Below, piece after piece: positions 1 through 14,300 of a stretch of DNA of 64,000 bases. Numbering within the stretch: position 1 is the first letter of the stretch; each line of letters starts with the position of its first letter. Below the pieces are notes generated by a model, which was not told where the DNA came from, made no database searches, and saw only the letters and a list, made by a program, of their open reading frames with translations. Origin of the DNA: Blepharisma stoltei ATCC 30299 (Eukaryota; Protista; Ciliophora); the NCBI GenBank assembly GCA_965603825.1, contig CBFDEM010000001.1, positions 496,001-560,000 on the forward strand, read 5' to 3'. Position numbers and translations under genes: made by a program.

Positions 1-366
1 ACTCCTGTGGATACATTATGTGAAGGGTATCCTAGAGAGTTCTCAATTTACATTAATTATTGCAGAAATTTGCAATTTGAAGACGCTCCTGATTATGCCT
101 ATTTGAGAAGGCTATTTCGGGATTTATTTTTACAAGAAGGATATGAATACGATTATATGTTTGATTGGAATGCAATTAACGCTGTGCAAAAAACTCCGAG
201 AAGAACACCGCAAAATGAAGAAACAAAGCATAATCTTGTCAATAATAGAGCACAGACATTCGGAAAAGCTGAGCTTGATAAGCATGAGCAAAAGCCAATA
301 GATAGATCAAAAACTGCAGATAACAAAGCACAAGAAAAAAAGAAAACTAAATGTGCTATATTTTAA
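1..366 (+). CDS. CK1: Casein kinase 1 family, C-terminal part (5' end outside window); ends in a CaaX-like CAIF
   Basis: [38 protein letters not shown]...YDYMFDW matches the CK1 C-lobe. Frame is open from base 1; TAA at 364-366. Confidence 0.92.
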   Translation, partial: TPVDTLCEGYPREFSIYINYCRNLQFEDAPDYAYLRRLFRDLFLQEGYEYDYMFDWNAINAVQKTPRRTPQNEETKHNLVNNRAQTFGKAELDKHEQKPIDRSKTADNKAQEKKKTKCAIF

Positions 367-668
367 TAAATTATTATAAATAGTTACTAATATATAACGA
401 CAAATTTCTTATGAATTGTTAAATTTATATTAAATGAGAAATTTATTACCCTAAAGTACTTTAAAAATACTTCCTGACAGCTCAATTCTGCTATTCTAAT
501 ATTATGAATATTATACAATATAAATAAATAGATTAAATCAGAAATGATTTTATAAATATTGATGCAAACTTTGGCAAACTTAAGAATTATGAAGCACAAT
601 AAGAAATTCTTATAAATCAGCAATTCTTCTGTCATATTAATTATTAAAACATCAATAAAATCAATTTT

Positions 669-3600
669 TTAATCAATTTTTTCTTTTATCGAACTCCTTC
701 CTGTCAAAATTTTAATGATTTCTGGCGACCTCATAATATCAATCAATTCATAGTACATTTCTTCTTCCTTCAACAAATCTCCAGTCATTCTGCTAATATG
801 GACTGCAGTGCACATATTAATTAGTGGCTCAGAGTTTGGTATATCAGTTAAGACAATATTTTGAGCACCTCCTGACAGTGCCATTCTAAGCAGCCTCCCC
901 GCCACATAAACTACTGAAATATAAAACGTCAGCACAGAAAAATCAAAAGTGGCAGGAGAATAATACTCCGATATCGTAATAAATGACAATCCTGAATTTT
1001 TCCCATCCGCATCAATCATTTCCCAATAAGAAAATTCATTTGTTATAGGAATTAATGAAAGAACCAGCTGACTTGTATGATGCTCTTCTAATAATACTTC
1101 TGGGGTAATTTTCGTCCCAGTGCTTGGCAGTTTAAAAATTTGGCGCTTTAAATCAGGGTAAATAAAAGTTTGGTTATGGTTCAAACAAATCATACTATTC
1201 AGATAAGTAATTTCTTCTTTGTCAAGGCTTGTTTGTGTAGATGTATATGTTCTCTGCTGAGTTGTTGGAAAATCTCTTACAAAAGTATAGCTGAGCTGCA
1301 TACTGATTTTTGTGTTTTTTGGTCCTAAGCCATCTACAAATGAATTGCAAAGCTGCAGCTTGCTTGGAGGTGCGATATCTCATATTGAATCTGATGTAGT
1401 CGGAATTGTAATTACTTGTGTGAGCTCTTTATCAGTGGCTTGAATTTCTTTTAAATCCTGCAAGCCCATTTGGTTTCATTCTGTATCTGTAACATCATGA
1501 ATATCAACTACTCTTGATGCTAAATATAATTTAAAATAATTATTGTCTTCAACTAAAATCCCAAACTCCAAGCCCATAGTTTTCACTTTATTCAGTTCTA
1601 TAATGGGATTTAAAGAGCTAAACAAGATAAGTGGGGTTAAAATCACTATTAAAATCAAAAACAAGCCGCAGCCACCTATAGCAAATTTTGATAAAAAATC
1701 CATTTTTTCGCCTCGTGGATGTTCTGCATAGCGTTTTTGGATACATTGTGTAATGTATAGCTGGGCGTGGATTTCTTCGAATTTTATCCATTGGAATAAG
1801 TCTAGGGCTGTAGGGGTGAAGGCTCAATCAATAATGGTGCGGAGCTCAAACATGAATGGAAATCCACGGTATATTTGGAATAAGATTTTACTTGGTCTTG
1901 ATGTGCTTCTCATTAGTGGAAATGACCCAGTTCTGAAGCTTGGCATTCCATATCGAATTTGCAAGGAAACAGTAATAAAATAAATCATATAAAGTACATA
2001 AAACCACTGCAATGCGTCATTTATTTGAAAATTGTTACACCTTTCTTTATCATATAGATCTGTACATGTAGGTTTCCCTATAAGAGATTGAGTTCCGTTA
2101 ATAGGAAAATACCAAAAAACAAGTGCGTGAATTGTTAATAATAGCAAAATGTGGAGTGTCAGCTTTACTTTAAGTGGCCGATTCCATCGAGAAATCATAT
2201 TAGATCGCTGCTCTTGGCCATCTACCATAGTTGCTTTATAAAGCGCTAGTTTAAGTGCTTGTGAAGTCCTTTCCAAATACAAATATCTTTCCAATAATAT
2301 AAGTGTAACGTGAAAAATCAAAGCAACCACCATTCTTCCTTGAAATTGATTAGCCCTATATGAGATTTACTTAAATGCCTTTGAAATATTTGCATTGGTT
2401 CCGTCCATGTTTCCAAAAAAACATATAAGATAAAATAAAATGACAAGCTGGATTATGATGGTTGGGGTATAAAGGTCTTCGCCAGGCTTTTCTTCTTTAT
2501 TATGAGGCAAAAGTCTTTTGAAAAATCCTATAACTTCTTGAGACCTTGGAATTTGATTGATAATGGATAGTCTTGACATTATTCGTGGAGCTGAATCTTC
2601 TGCGATAATAAAAGAATCATCATCTTCGATAGAAAACCTAGACTTAGCAGTTTCAAGAGTTTCTAGGCCTATTTCAGTTTGGTTTCATAAGCCAACTCTT
2701 AGTAAATAATATTCATGAATCAAAAGAAAAAGCATAACCATGGCATCTCATAAAATATAATTAAACAAATTTTCACTATAAGTATTTTTCGTCAAATTAA
2801 AGCCAGTTTTTAAAGTATCGTGATAATTAGCTAGGATCCCATTCGCGAATATATAGTTTCATATATCTAGTTGCAAGCTGAATTTTATAAAAAAGACAGT
2901 TTCTGTATATAGCAGCATAAATCTGAAATATTTGGCAGGAGGTCTTGGATACTCCAGCATAGAATATCCAATTGTAAAAATTGGCAGGGCCACAGATTCC
3001 ATGCTGGCATAAATTATATGGTTCACAAAGAAAAATAAATAAACTAGTGCTTGAGTATTGCTGGCCACAACATAGGCAGATAAAATAAAATAATCCTTCC
3101 ACTTTAAGTCATATTCTGATTTATTTTTGGCTTGATCTTCACTGAAGTTTACTTCTTCATCAGAGTCTTCTACATTTTTATCTTCAAGAAATTGAAGCGT
3201 TTTAGTTCTTCCTCATACTCTTGGGCTTACCTCATCAGGTGTTTTTTCTCCTTCTTTCTCTTCTTCTATGTCACTTTCTTTGGCTTCTTCCTCTTCTTTT
3301 ATTTCATCTAAATGTGGGTCTAGGCACTCTTCTTCATTTTCTCTGTCAAATGGACCTTCTCCTTCTCTATTTCATTTAGGCTTGATATAAATTTTTTTCT
3401 TTTTTCGAGTTTTTATTTTTTTAACGTAATTTTTGTAAAGGATGGGGTTAATCAAGCTAATGAGCAGGTTTTGGAATTTTACCTTGATGCTTTTTATTTC
3501 TGATGTCCCGATTTCTAAATAAGTAGGCTGAACTGGGCTTGTAGCAAGCTTTGTTGAGGTCATTCTTGATCTGCTTCTAATGCCTCCTATAGAAGCTCTG

Positions 3601-6600
3601 CCCTGCTCAGCTAAATAAAATTTTTTATTCCACTTGCTCACATTCATATCAAGTTTTCTAATTTCATTTTCAAACCTTTTTCTTTTATCTTGGTACTGCT
3701 TATTATGCTTTATACGCTTATTATTAAAATGTTGTGCCATTTCAAAGCCAATCCTTTTTGACTGGACATAGATTTTTTGCCTTTGCGTCCTCATGAAGTC
3801 TTGATAGTCTTGGCTTTTCATCATCCGATACATGATATATAAAAACGCGAACGTAAACACTTTAAACCTTACTAAATTTCTTCTTTCAGATAAATCTGAA
3901 GGCTCATCATCTTCTCCTGCACTTCAAAGTCGAAAAATCCCAAAGGCAAGAATTCAATTTCTGAATTTATCATCATGAATATACGCTGATGGGATTTGGT
4001 ATATCATTTGCAATGTAAGATCAACTAATAAGCAGACTAAGAAATAATTCCTTAAATATTTTAGATAGGAATTCCAGCTTTCTTCGTTTCTTATAACTTC
4101 ATTTGCTTTAAAAATAAAAATAAGGCAAAATAGGCAATATAAACTGGAAACAACTCCATAACTGAGACTGATAAATATTAGTACAAAAATAAGGATCAGG
4201 ATGTGGGACATGTTATACATGGCTTTTTTAACAAATTTAAAAATTTTTCTTCCTCTAGTTTTTCGGGTGATGTTAGTATCAGATGAAGAATGAGACTGAC
4301 TTAGCTTAGGCTCTATACTGTCTTCAAAGCCTTCTAGTTCGCTTTCTCTGGTCGATAAAAATGTATAATAGCCTAAAATAAATAAAAACGTCAATAAATC
4401 ATAAAAAATGCTGTGTAACTGAGAAATAGAGGTCCCAAGATTCAAAAATGTTGCATAATCTTTGGTTCTTCAGTCAATATTATTGTATCAAGGAGTATCA
4501 AAAGGCTTATAGGTTACATGAGGCATTTTATGAGGCGAATTACCTTTTTGAATATTGCTCAAAATCAGTGTATATTGTGTGATACACATAAAAATTATAA
4601 CAATATACAAAAATAGTGTCCTATAATAAGGTGATTTTATATAGATTGAAACAAAGACTGATACTACATAAGTCAATCCTACAAAAGTAAGCTTGGAAAA
4701 TGCCATTAAAAGCATAAATAAAGGTATCATAGATTCAGCAAAAACTCTCATGAAGTTCAAAAATTTTATCAATATTTTTATTTTTTCAAAAGCACTGATT
4801 TCTTTATTCAGAATTCTCCTATTCATCATATACTCCAAACAATGTCTCTCTATTATTAGCAGAATAGCAATAATAATATATCCATAATTTTCTGAAATTA
4901 TAAAACTATTATCACTCTTTTTTGTAAATCCAGAAAAAAAATACAGCCATATTATATTATCATATGCAATTTCGTGGAAAATCAGCCTTGTTATCATAAA
5001 GCACGCATATGAAATTACCACATAAATTAATGTGAAATACCATAACACGTTTCAGCAATATGATCTAATTTTGTGTTCCTTTGCTAAATTTCTTCTTTCT
5101 AAGCTTAGAGATACTCTTGTAAAATAATAACCAAGATAAGCGCATGAAATGCAAATTGATATCAAATAAATATTCATTGAGATAGATAGCCTCCAGTAAA
5201 CTGAAAATATTGAGATAGTCAAATAAATAAAAAATGGAAAAAATTCTTCGAAATAATTGAAAAATTTAATTGATTTTTCTTCAGGCTTTCTTGATAAATT
5301 CACTTTAATTATGCCTGATAAAAGTCCAATGTCATCAAAAATCCCTCCATCTGAATTCCCATAATTTATATTATCTTCTTTTTTAAACGCTTTTGCCCCA
5401 AGCACAGTCACTATAAGCAGAATACAATCAGACACCATGCTCCCATATAAAGTGCTAGAACTAAACACTTCTAAGCCAAACAAAGGATACTGCTTTACAT
5501 CATAAAAAAATGGCAAAAATTGATACAAATATCTAATAACCAGTATTATGCCACTGATATATTCTAATATAAATCATATTTTTCTTACAAGAAAATAATT
5601 TTTTCCAACCTTGAGCTCCAAAGGACTTCTTAAGTGAATAATCATAAAAGATGCAACTATAAGCAGCCTAATAAAATTAAGCAAATTTAGTGAAGATACC
5701 ATAACGGTGATCATTATTACAGAGTAAAGCACCCAAACTTCAGTTAAAAAATATCACTCATATATAAGCACCAATACTTTTACTAAAAGAGGATGCTGCA
5801 CAGATACATTGACTCTGTTAAATTGTTGAAAAAGAATTGAAAAAGTAGTCGACCGATACGCTTTGAGCTGCATAGACGCAGAAACTAAAAGAATCCATAC
5901 AAGATAGTCATAAGGAATTATTGAATTTTTGAGTGTTAATTCAGAACGATTAGCTGGCATGCCTACCAGCCTTAAATAGTTTCTAGGAATATAATCTGTA
6001 AATTTCAATGGAAAAGCAAGAATTCATATATACCGAAATAATAGTAAAAACATTGTGTAAATTACCAAAGATGTCCAATGATTTTTTGCGAGCTTTGTGT
6101 TAAGCATAAATATTAAACAGATAATCATAAATCCAGTATGAAGCAAATTGATATCTGAGAGACCAACCACAAAGAGAACGCATAAGGAAAGTTTATCAGC
6201 GTTTTCAACTATTATTCTTACAAAAAGTCCTACAACTGATTTATCTTTATCTTTCAAGTGCTTATCTCTTTTTTTCCTCTGTAGAATATTATTTAGGTAT
6301 AAAAATAATAATATGGTTAGCAGCTGAAAAGCAATTTCCAAAGGCGGGATTTTTAATAGGCATATGCCAAATACTTCTGATACATCAATTTGGAATAAAT
6401 TTATAATATAAAACCCAAAGAAATTCAAAATAAGGATAGGAAACAAAGAATATTTAGACACTTGCAAAATCCTTTTTAAATCATAATCTAAAAACGAGTA
6501 AAAAAGCCACAGCATCAGCAAGATCCCTACAAAGCTCCGATAGCGGATAATCCATGAAAAGATCAAAACCCTAGCAAAAAAGTAGACTACAGAAACAGAA

Positions 6601-7511
6601 AAAAAATATCTGATAAACTCAGGTATTTTTGAGCTTTTCCAAAAAGCTTTTCTTGGCATTTCTGTATTAATTACAATGATTTCTTCGATAGATTTGCTTT
6701 CTTCAAGATTTTCATCTTCAATAGAATCAGTTTTAAGTTTTTTCATATATACTTTGAGTTCTTTCATAAGGATTTTTCTCCCAATTGAAAGTGAAAATCC
6801 ATGCATAAAAAAGACAATTATATAGTCTGGCAAGCCCCTCATTGATTTTAAAATAATCCCATATGTTAGAACGTCACTTTCTGATACATAATCTTGTCAT
6901 AACATATAATATAGAGCCGAAAATAATACTTGAAGTATGGTTATAAAGCAAACTATTCTACAGCCAATTCTATAGCCATTTCAGCATCTTAAACTCCATG
7001 AGATCGCCCAATAAAATATAACAAACAAATAAAATAAATTGACTATTGAAAAGTTTATTACACAATTGCAGCAAAGCAATAAAAAAAGCGTAAAAAGCCT
7101 TGCTCTTTTTACGTGTTTATGCTCAGAAGGCTTAATTCTTGATCTTTTTGCATAAAAGATTCCAATAATGCCAATAATAAACGTACAAATATCAGGCAAA
7201 AACGTCAAAGATGACTTAAATTCAAATTTATTTCTGCTCAGGTGAATTCCTAAATATTTCAAAAGCCAATCATAATCTGAGAAAAAATCAGGAAATTGAT
7301 TAAAGTAAAATAATATAAGCACAACTATTTTCCATAGCAAAAACAAAGTGCTAACAGCTGTCAAAGTTTGATATAAAAATCTTGGAACCTGATAGAAAAA
7401 CATTAAAGTAAGCCAAATTCCTATGGTAAACCCTATATAAACAAATGAAAGTAAAGAAGGAGCAAAAGAGCCACAAAGCAAGATGACCATGCTCAAGCAT
7501 TCTTCAATCAT
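669..7511 (-). CDS. PIEZO: Piezo mechanosensitive ion channel, ~2275 aa, TGA=Trp, one 15-nt intron
   Basis: Twelve track fragments share one frame and are separated by TGA codons, except one TAA inside the intron at 2356-2370. Many TM segments; PFMFELRTIID-W(TGA 1824-1826) is the PFEW motif; also GLW(TGA), W(TGA)DIAPPSK and C-terminal EEEMYYELIDIMRSPEIIKILT. Confidence 0.93.
2356..2370 (-). other. 15-nt spliceosomal intron in Piezo
   Basis: GTAAATCTCATATAG; removal deletes an in-frame TAA and gives KAFK-ANQFQGRM. Confidence 0.9.
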
Positions 7512-7552
7512 TTTCCAAATTTATTTATTTATACTTAAATCAATTAACTTTA

Positions 7553-8224
7553 CTAGGCATTATTTTTGAGCCTTAAATTCTCTGCTTTTAATTTAGTAAT
7601 AACTTCTAAAAACTCGCTTCTTTGATTTTCCATCCTCTCTTCTGCTTCTTCTATTTTAGTTTTATAATATGCTACGTTGCTGAAAAAGTTTAGATTGTCT
7701 TCATCAGACTTTAAGTGTGTGCTGACCTCTGAGCTGGCCAATTCTTTATCAAATTTATTGAAATCTGATTCTGCTGCTTTCAATTTATTAGTTAAATAGA
7801 AATTTTCTGCTTTTATTTCAGCTAGATCAGCAGCTTGTCTTTCGATAATGTCTTCGTAAAACATTTTTAGCTTTTCATATACAGTTTCATATTCTTTCGA
7901 TTTTTCATTTAATAAATCGGTGTCGTCTCTTTCTGTGTGGCAGCTTCTAGGAGTAAGAGAATTTTGGCTGGTTTTAATGTTCCGGAAATCCTGATTGATA
8001 TATTTTGGCGTGCACCTTGCAGAAGTTAAGGAGCTTATACTGTTGAAATCTAAATTTGATGCAGCCCTTTTACGATTTTTTTCAATCAAGTAGAACTCTA
8101 AGCGTCTTTTATGCTCTAGTTCTTTAGGACAAATCTTAGAAGGAGCCTCAGTTTTAGCTTTAGGGGATCTTAAAGACTGGCTTCAAGATTTATCTTTGAA
8201 ATTTTGTGAAGAATTATTTTTCAT
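7553..8224 (-). CDS. Hypothetical coiled-coil protein, 223 aa
   Basis: ATG at 8224 reads MKNNSSQNFKDKS-W(TGA)-SQSL into track ORF 7553..8089; E/K-rich heptad C-terminus; TAG stop. Confidence 0.75.
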
Positions 8225-8385
8225 ATTTTTTAATGACTATTTGATAATTAATAAAGAAAGAAAAATTAGGTCATCAAACAAAATTAAAAATTAAATGAAA
8301 TATTTTTAGAAAATAAAAAAATAGAATATAGCTTTATTTCCTTGTTTAATATGGAATATTTAATTAATTATGCAACAGTTTGCAT

Positions 8386-11300
8386 TTACCTACGATATTT
8401 TCTCGCTGATCTTTGACTAGTAATCTTGGTTTTCCATTTCATATTCCATTTCCTTTTCGAATTATTTTCTATATTTCTTATTTCTGGCAGCACCATTATT
8501 TTCCAACTCTGCAATCTGCTTGTAGCTGCTTCTGTCTCTTTAACCGAATTCGAAATAATTTGTGCGAAATCAGGTGGCTGAATCGATATATTTGTTTCCA
8601 AATTATTAAGAGTATTCGAAATCAAATTGAATTGGCTTAATAAAAAGTGCATATCTAAGGCTTTCTTTAACGGCATCTTATATAAACAATTCAATAAATC
8701 AGTATGATACTTGCTCGTAATATGTAAAAGTCTCAAATATTTCCTTGAGCTCATCCATAATCTAAATATAGAAGCTGGAAGTTTATCATAAGCTACATTT
8801 AATTTTTCAGAAATCGACGAAAACAATACAAGCTCTAAAATATTCCTGATTTTATTGCGTTTGAATTTTGGTATTCTAAGCTTTTTAATTTTAGCTGCAG
8901 ACTGATGATGGACTGCTAATAGCCTTACTTCATTGAACCATGCTGTATTAAGTTCCTCTATAGAAACTTTGCTGTCTTTTACTGATTTATGGAATAAATT
9001 TATATACCCTTTTCTTTGAGTTTTCTTTCTTTGCTCGCTTTGGTAATCTTGCAGCTCACCAATAGTATTTAAAGTGTCAATTTTTCTGATAAAAGATGGA
9101 GAATGCACAATCTTTGAGGCAGTTTTAAATGCTCTATCAGTATCTCCACCTCGAATCTCACCGATTATTTCTCTTGGAATTCCCCATGTAGCGAGCAACC
9201 CGAAGAGATCATAAGCATCATAGATAAAATTCCTGCTCTCTGTTTTATCTATATTAGAGCTTTCCCCTAGGACTTGTTTTAGGATTTTAACAGTCCATCT
9301 CATTAAATCTGGGGCCAAATTTCTTGCATTTCCTCTTGAAATATCAGAAAGGTGAAGTTCATCATCTTTGATAGGACTTTGAATATATTGGCATAGGTGT
9401 TTTGGGATTAATAAATTGGTGTTTAATGAAATAAGCCAGTTTGAGACTGCTCTTTCTATCAGCATTATTTTTCTGCTAAGGTCTATGTTGGTGAACTGAG
9501 CTTCAAAAAGAGAGCATATCGATTTAGCGATCTCATCAGGACAGTTGTATTGGCTATAAATGTCAATATCTAAATAGCTCAATGCATATTTATAGTCATA
9601 TGATATGTTTGGTCCTTGTCCATTAGGAGTTATGATAGTCTGATATCTGGATTTCAGCATTTCTTGATAATAAAGCAAGTTTCCGCTTAACTTGCAGAGT
9701 GTATAAGCGTTAAAAAGTGATCGGTCTATATTAAATCTGTCTTCTAGTACTTCAGATACCTTTATAAGCACCTGGGCTTGTGTAAATAGTGCATGCTTGC
9801 TAATTTCAGTAATTTTTGGTATATCAAAAAACACATATTTTGCATTTTCCAGCATTTTCGTAAACAGCTCATCTTTGTCTTCTACTCCGATCCTGTTTCT
9901 CCATCTCTCATAATTAGCAATTTCTTTTTCCAACCATTTTATATGTCCTCTATATCTTGCTTTAATAAATTCCAGCATATGTTTATCGTCCTCTGCACCT
10001 GCGAATATTTTCTTTAACGCCTTTTTGTTATCTATATACTTTTTTTCTTCATTTGATAACGAATAAGTATCAGTAGACACCTTACTGAAAGTATAAGGCC
10101 GACTTGTAAGCTGAGAGTTAATGAAGTCTCTCATAAAGGCTTCTCCATACAAATTAGCGAGATCTAGGATCTTTATTGAGTTTTTCTTAGCTTGGTATCG
10201 TAAATTGACTAAATGGTTTACCCCATTTACATACTCCCTGGCTAGTTTTTTCTGTAAATCTGAGATTGGGTATAGTAAAAATTGGCCTTCAACGTCTGCT
10301 ACATAGGTTTCATCTGCCCCAAAACCATCATTTAATAAGTTGCTAGCTTTATGAACAACAGCATGGGATAAATAAGGAAGAGCCCTTGTAACTGTAGACT
10401 CTGAAATCTGTCGGACTCCTAATGGTGATAGTAACCCAAAAACGATTTTCGCAAAGTAAGGATTCGCTGCTAAAGCTGAGGAGCTAAATTGTAAGAAATT
10501 AACAATCATGCTTACTGACCTCAAAAATTCTTGAAAATTGTAATAGCTCATGCTTTTGAATTCAATTTCCACTTGTGGGTGGGTTCTGAAGTATAATAAC
10601 TGTGTGTAGCACGATAAAATGTCCCATGCTTTAATGTCACTGAAATTTGATTTAAAGAAACCTTTATTGAAAATTTCTTTGGTTTCCTTAAAAAGGTCTT
10701 TTAAGTAGCTTTGGAATAGCTTTTTGTGGGATTTGTGAGATATAAAGTTGTAGAGCTGGGAGTTGTAGATAAAATATTCAGGGAATTTAGGAATAATAGT
10801 CCGCTCTGAATGGATATAAGCATGGTTTAAAGTGACAGGGTATAATGCATTTAAGTTCCAGAGCACGGAATCTAATGCAATCTGGGCAGCTTTTACTTCA
10901 GCTTTAGTTTTTGGGACTTCAAATGGCAACCACGAGAAGTCTTCATGATTTATTTTCTCTACAATTTCATCACTGGACTTCTCAAATGCTAAATAAACGT
11001 GCTTAAAGTTCTTAAAATCTGCAAAAGTTGAAGCAACCGCTAATGAATTTTCTTGGTCCATAATATAAATCGTTTTCTTTCAGTACCCCATCAATAAAAG
11101 TCCTTGAAATGCTTCAATTCCGATGTTTTTTCTATCTAAACTCTGCTTAAGATTAAGATATTCAGGGTTTATCATCTCAAAGACATTATGGACTCCTGTA
11201 TAAGCAATAACGGCTCTATGAGCTTGTGCCACATCAAATCCAGGCTTCTTAATCTCTAAAGGATAAATCGACGATATATTTGAAAATTTAAAGCCTATTG

Positions 11301-14300
11301 AGATTACATATCTCCCAAGTCTTTCTGATAAGTTATAACGGTTGCATACGACTAAGCACATCTTATAGAGTCCAAATTCTTCTAGGGTGTCTAGAAGCAG
11401 CCCAAGCAATTCTGGACTAATTTCATCTAAATCAACTAATGATGCAAGCTGCCATTCTTCTGAGAGCTGCTGAGAGCTTACTAAAGATTCTGCAGACCTA
11501 AGTGATTTCAAATAAGCTCCTACATCTTCAGAAAACATGCTTATATATTCAATTATTTTTCTCATGACTTCGTCTTCCACATAAATGTCAGTCCTTGTAT
11601 TTATAAGTTTTCCTCCTAGATTGAGGGCTGCTGCATGGGTGTTTTCTATAATTGAGTAGTCTGACAGTAAGCTTCCATCTTTATTGATAGCAGACGACAA
11701 GGATTCAACGATTGATCCTGTTTCAATTTGAAGCCATTCATCTTCAGGGTCTACGTCTGCTAAAGCTTCTTTAAGCTGCTCATTATTGCATTCAGAGCCT
11801 AGAAGGCTGAAACTGTCGCTGCTTGACTTGTCAAGAAGATAAAATGAGCTTTGTGATTGGCTGTCTTCAGATAATCCTAGTGGCTTATTTTCATTATCAT
11901 TGATAACTAACTGCTGGCTTTCTATAACATTTTTTGGAGATTCTTCTATTTTTGGTTCTTCAATTTCTTCATTTTCTTCTTCAACAATTTCGTCTTTGTC
12001 TTCTTCAATGATTTCGCTTATAAATTTAGTTTCTTTTTCAACAGCTGGGAGAATTTTTGGCATTAGATCTTCAAGGGCTACAGGGACGTATTTATAAATA
12101 TATTTTTGCCTTTCTTCTTTTGTCATTAAATCTTTGGATTTATATATACAGTGGACTAGCTTGTCCCATTTTCTTCCATGTCTATAGCATTGTATTGCTC
12201 TTATGTACTCTTTTTTCTCATTAAACATATCTGCTGCAGTTTCATATTTGCCTGCAGATAAATAAGCTTCAGCTGCTTGGCCGAAAAGGCCAGATTCTTT
12301 AAAAAGCTGTGCAGCTTTTAAATTTTTTTGTGCAGAGGCATAACATCTGGCAGCCTGCTTTTTAAGGAATTGCGCATTTTCATTGTTTTCTTCTAATGCC
12401 AGCCTTGAAAAAATATCAGCAGCTTTGGCAAATAAATCTTTTGCGATTTCTTTATTTTCCTTGATTTTCTTTTTACTTCCTTTTCTATCACCAACTCCTT
12501 GAATAGGGTTTTCTAATGCTTCTGCCTCAGTTAGCAGTTCTGTTGCCTTATTTGCATTAGAATATGCAATGGCTTTCATTTCAAGTGATTTATCTCCAGA
12601 TGCCGCAAAACACTTGGCAGCTTGATCGTAAAATTTGTGAGACATCATTCTTAGCCCTTGGTTTTTCCACGACTCTGAGTCAGTTTTCTTTGCAATTTTA
12701 GTGATATCTGTGCAGGATTCTGACAAATTTTCTCCAATTATAATATCATCTTTGCTTAGAGCTCCCATATATTCCCAGAATTTTTGCATGTAAAATCTTG
12801 CGTCTGGGTTTTCATCATAAATAACAAGTCTTGACTTAGGCCTTGTAATGGCTACATATAGGTGTTTTAGTTCTGTGCATAGCAGAGCTAGTTTACTCTG
12901 ATCAATATATGTGCCGCATTTCAATTTTGGCACTCCTTCTTCTAATTCCTCAAAGCTGTTTACTTTATAGTCAGATCTTTCATCTGATTTTTCCATCTGA
13001 GATAAAATTTTCCATTTATCTCTTGAGACTTCACTATCAGTAAAAAAGTTGTATAAAATGACATCTTCAAACTCTAGCCCTTTTGATTCATATACAGTCA
13101 AACATAGTGCATGCTGAAGAAGAGGATGCAATTTTTCTTTTGTTTCTTGATTTCTCACAATAATCACTTGGTCACAACCAAATAAGACTTCACCTTGAGA
13201 ATGCATTTGTTGCTCTCCTAGCAAGACAGACAGTAAAATGCTTGTACTTCCACTGTCAATTAGAATTGGCTTAGGACCATCAGTTAAGCTTCTTTCTTTG
13301 TCCATCTTGTCAATAGTCTGTGGAAACAGTGTTTCTAGCAGCGAAATAACAGAATTTGCGAGCTCTAAAATTTGATTATGAGATCTAAAGTTCACTGTAA
13401 GCTGCTTTATTGTAGGAAGGACCAAGTGTGATTCTTTAAATAATCTGCTTAGTTCGCAGAATCTAAATCCAACACCTTTCGCTATTGTTTGAGCTGTATC
13501 TCCAGAGAAAAATAATTTTTGCTGTGTGACTTGGATTAATAAATATAAAGTGGCAGGGGTCAAGTCTTGCACCTCATCAACCATCATATAGTGGATTGGA
13601 ATTCCTTGATATCCTGTCAATCTGATGCAAGAGAGTATATAATTAATGACATCTTGGAAGTCATAAGCACATTGGTCTACTTTTCACCTCTCGTAAATTA
13701 GGAACAAATCCCATATTCTGCATTTTTCTTCAACTGTCAAAATCGATGCTTTTCGTTCTGAACGCGCATAAAGATCTTTAGGCAAGTAATACCCCGGATA
13801 TGTAAATGAACTTGCAGAGCCTTTAATATAAGCTGAAATTTCAGTCCACATCACTAATGCAGAATTGTTTGTTTGGCCTTTTATTTTCGGCCAAAATTTT
13901 TCTTTGAAAATTTTGAAATCTATCTCATATGGCCTCTTTTTTTCAACAAAACAAGTTTGAACCGAATTTAAAAGCTTATCTCTTTTGGCGTCCAAAGCAG
14001 ACTCTTCATCAATATACCCTTCATTTTCTTCCTCAGAAGAATCAGAAAATTCTAACCCTTCTTGGGCTTTTCTTTCATTTTTATACACACTGCTAATTTG
14101 TAAAGCCCCTTTAAATTCATTATGCCATTGAAAATTCACACTAGAGCCAATCACATTCCCCTTTAAATCCCTACTGAAAAATGGTTTCCTTAACGTAGCG
14201 TCTATCATAAATATCAGTCTTCTCACAGTTACAAACAACGGGAAATCTTCATCTTTTAAATAAGCCATAGAAGAAGGCCCAGCTGCTTCTTCTTCCTCTG

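Noticed and set aside
387-635. 82-aa track ORF between CK1 and Piezo
   Set aside because: Extremely AT-rich I/L/F/Y/N/K composition typical of spacer or UTR DNA; no motif.
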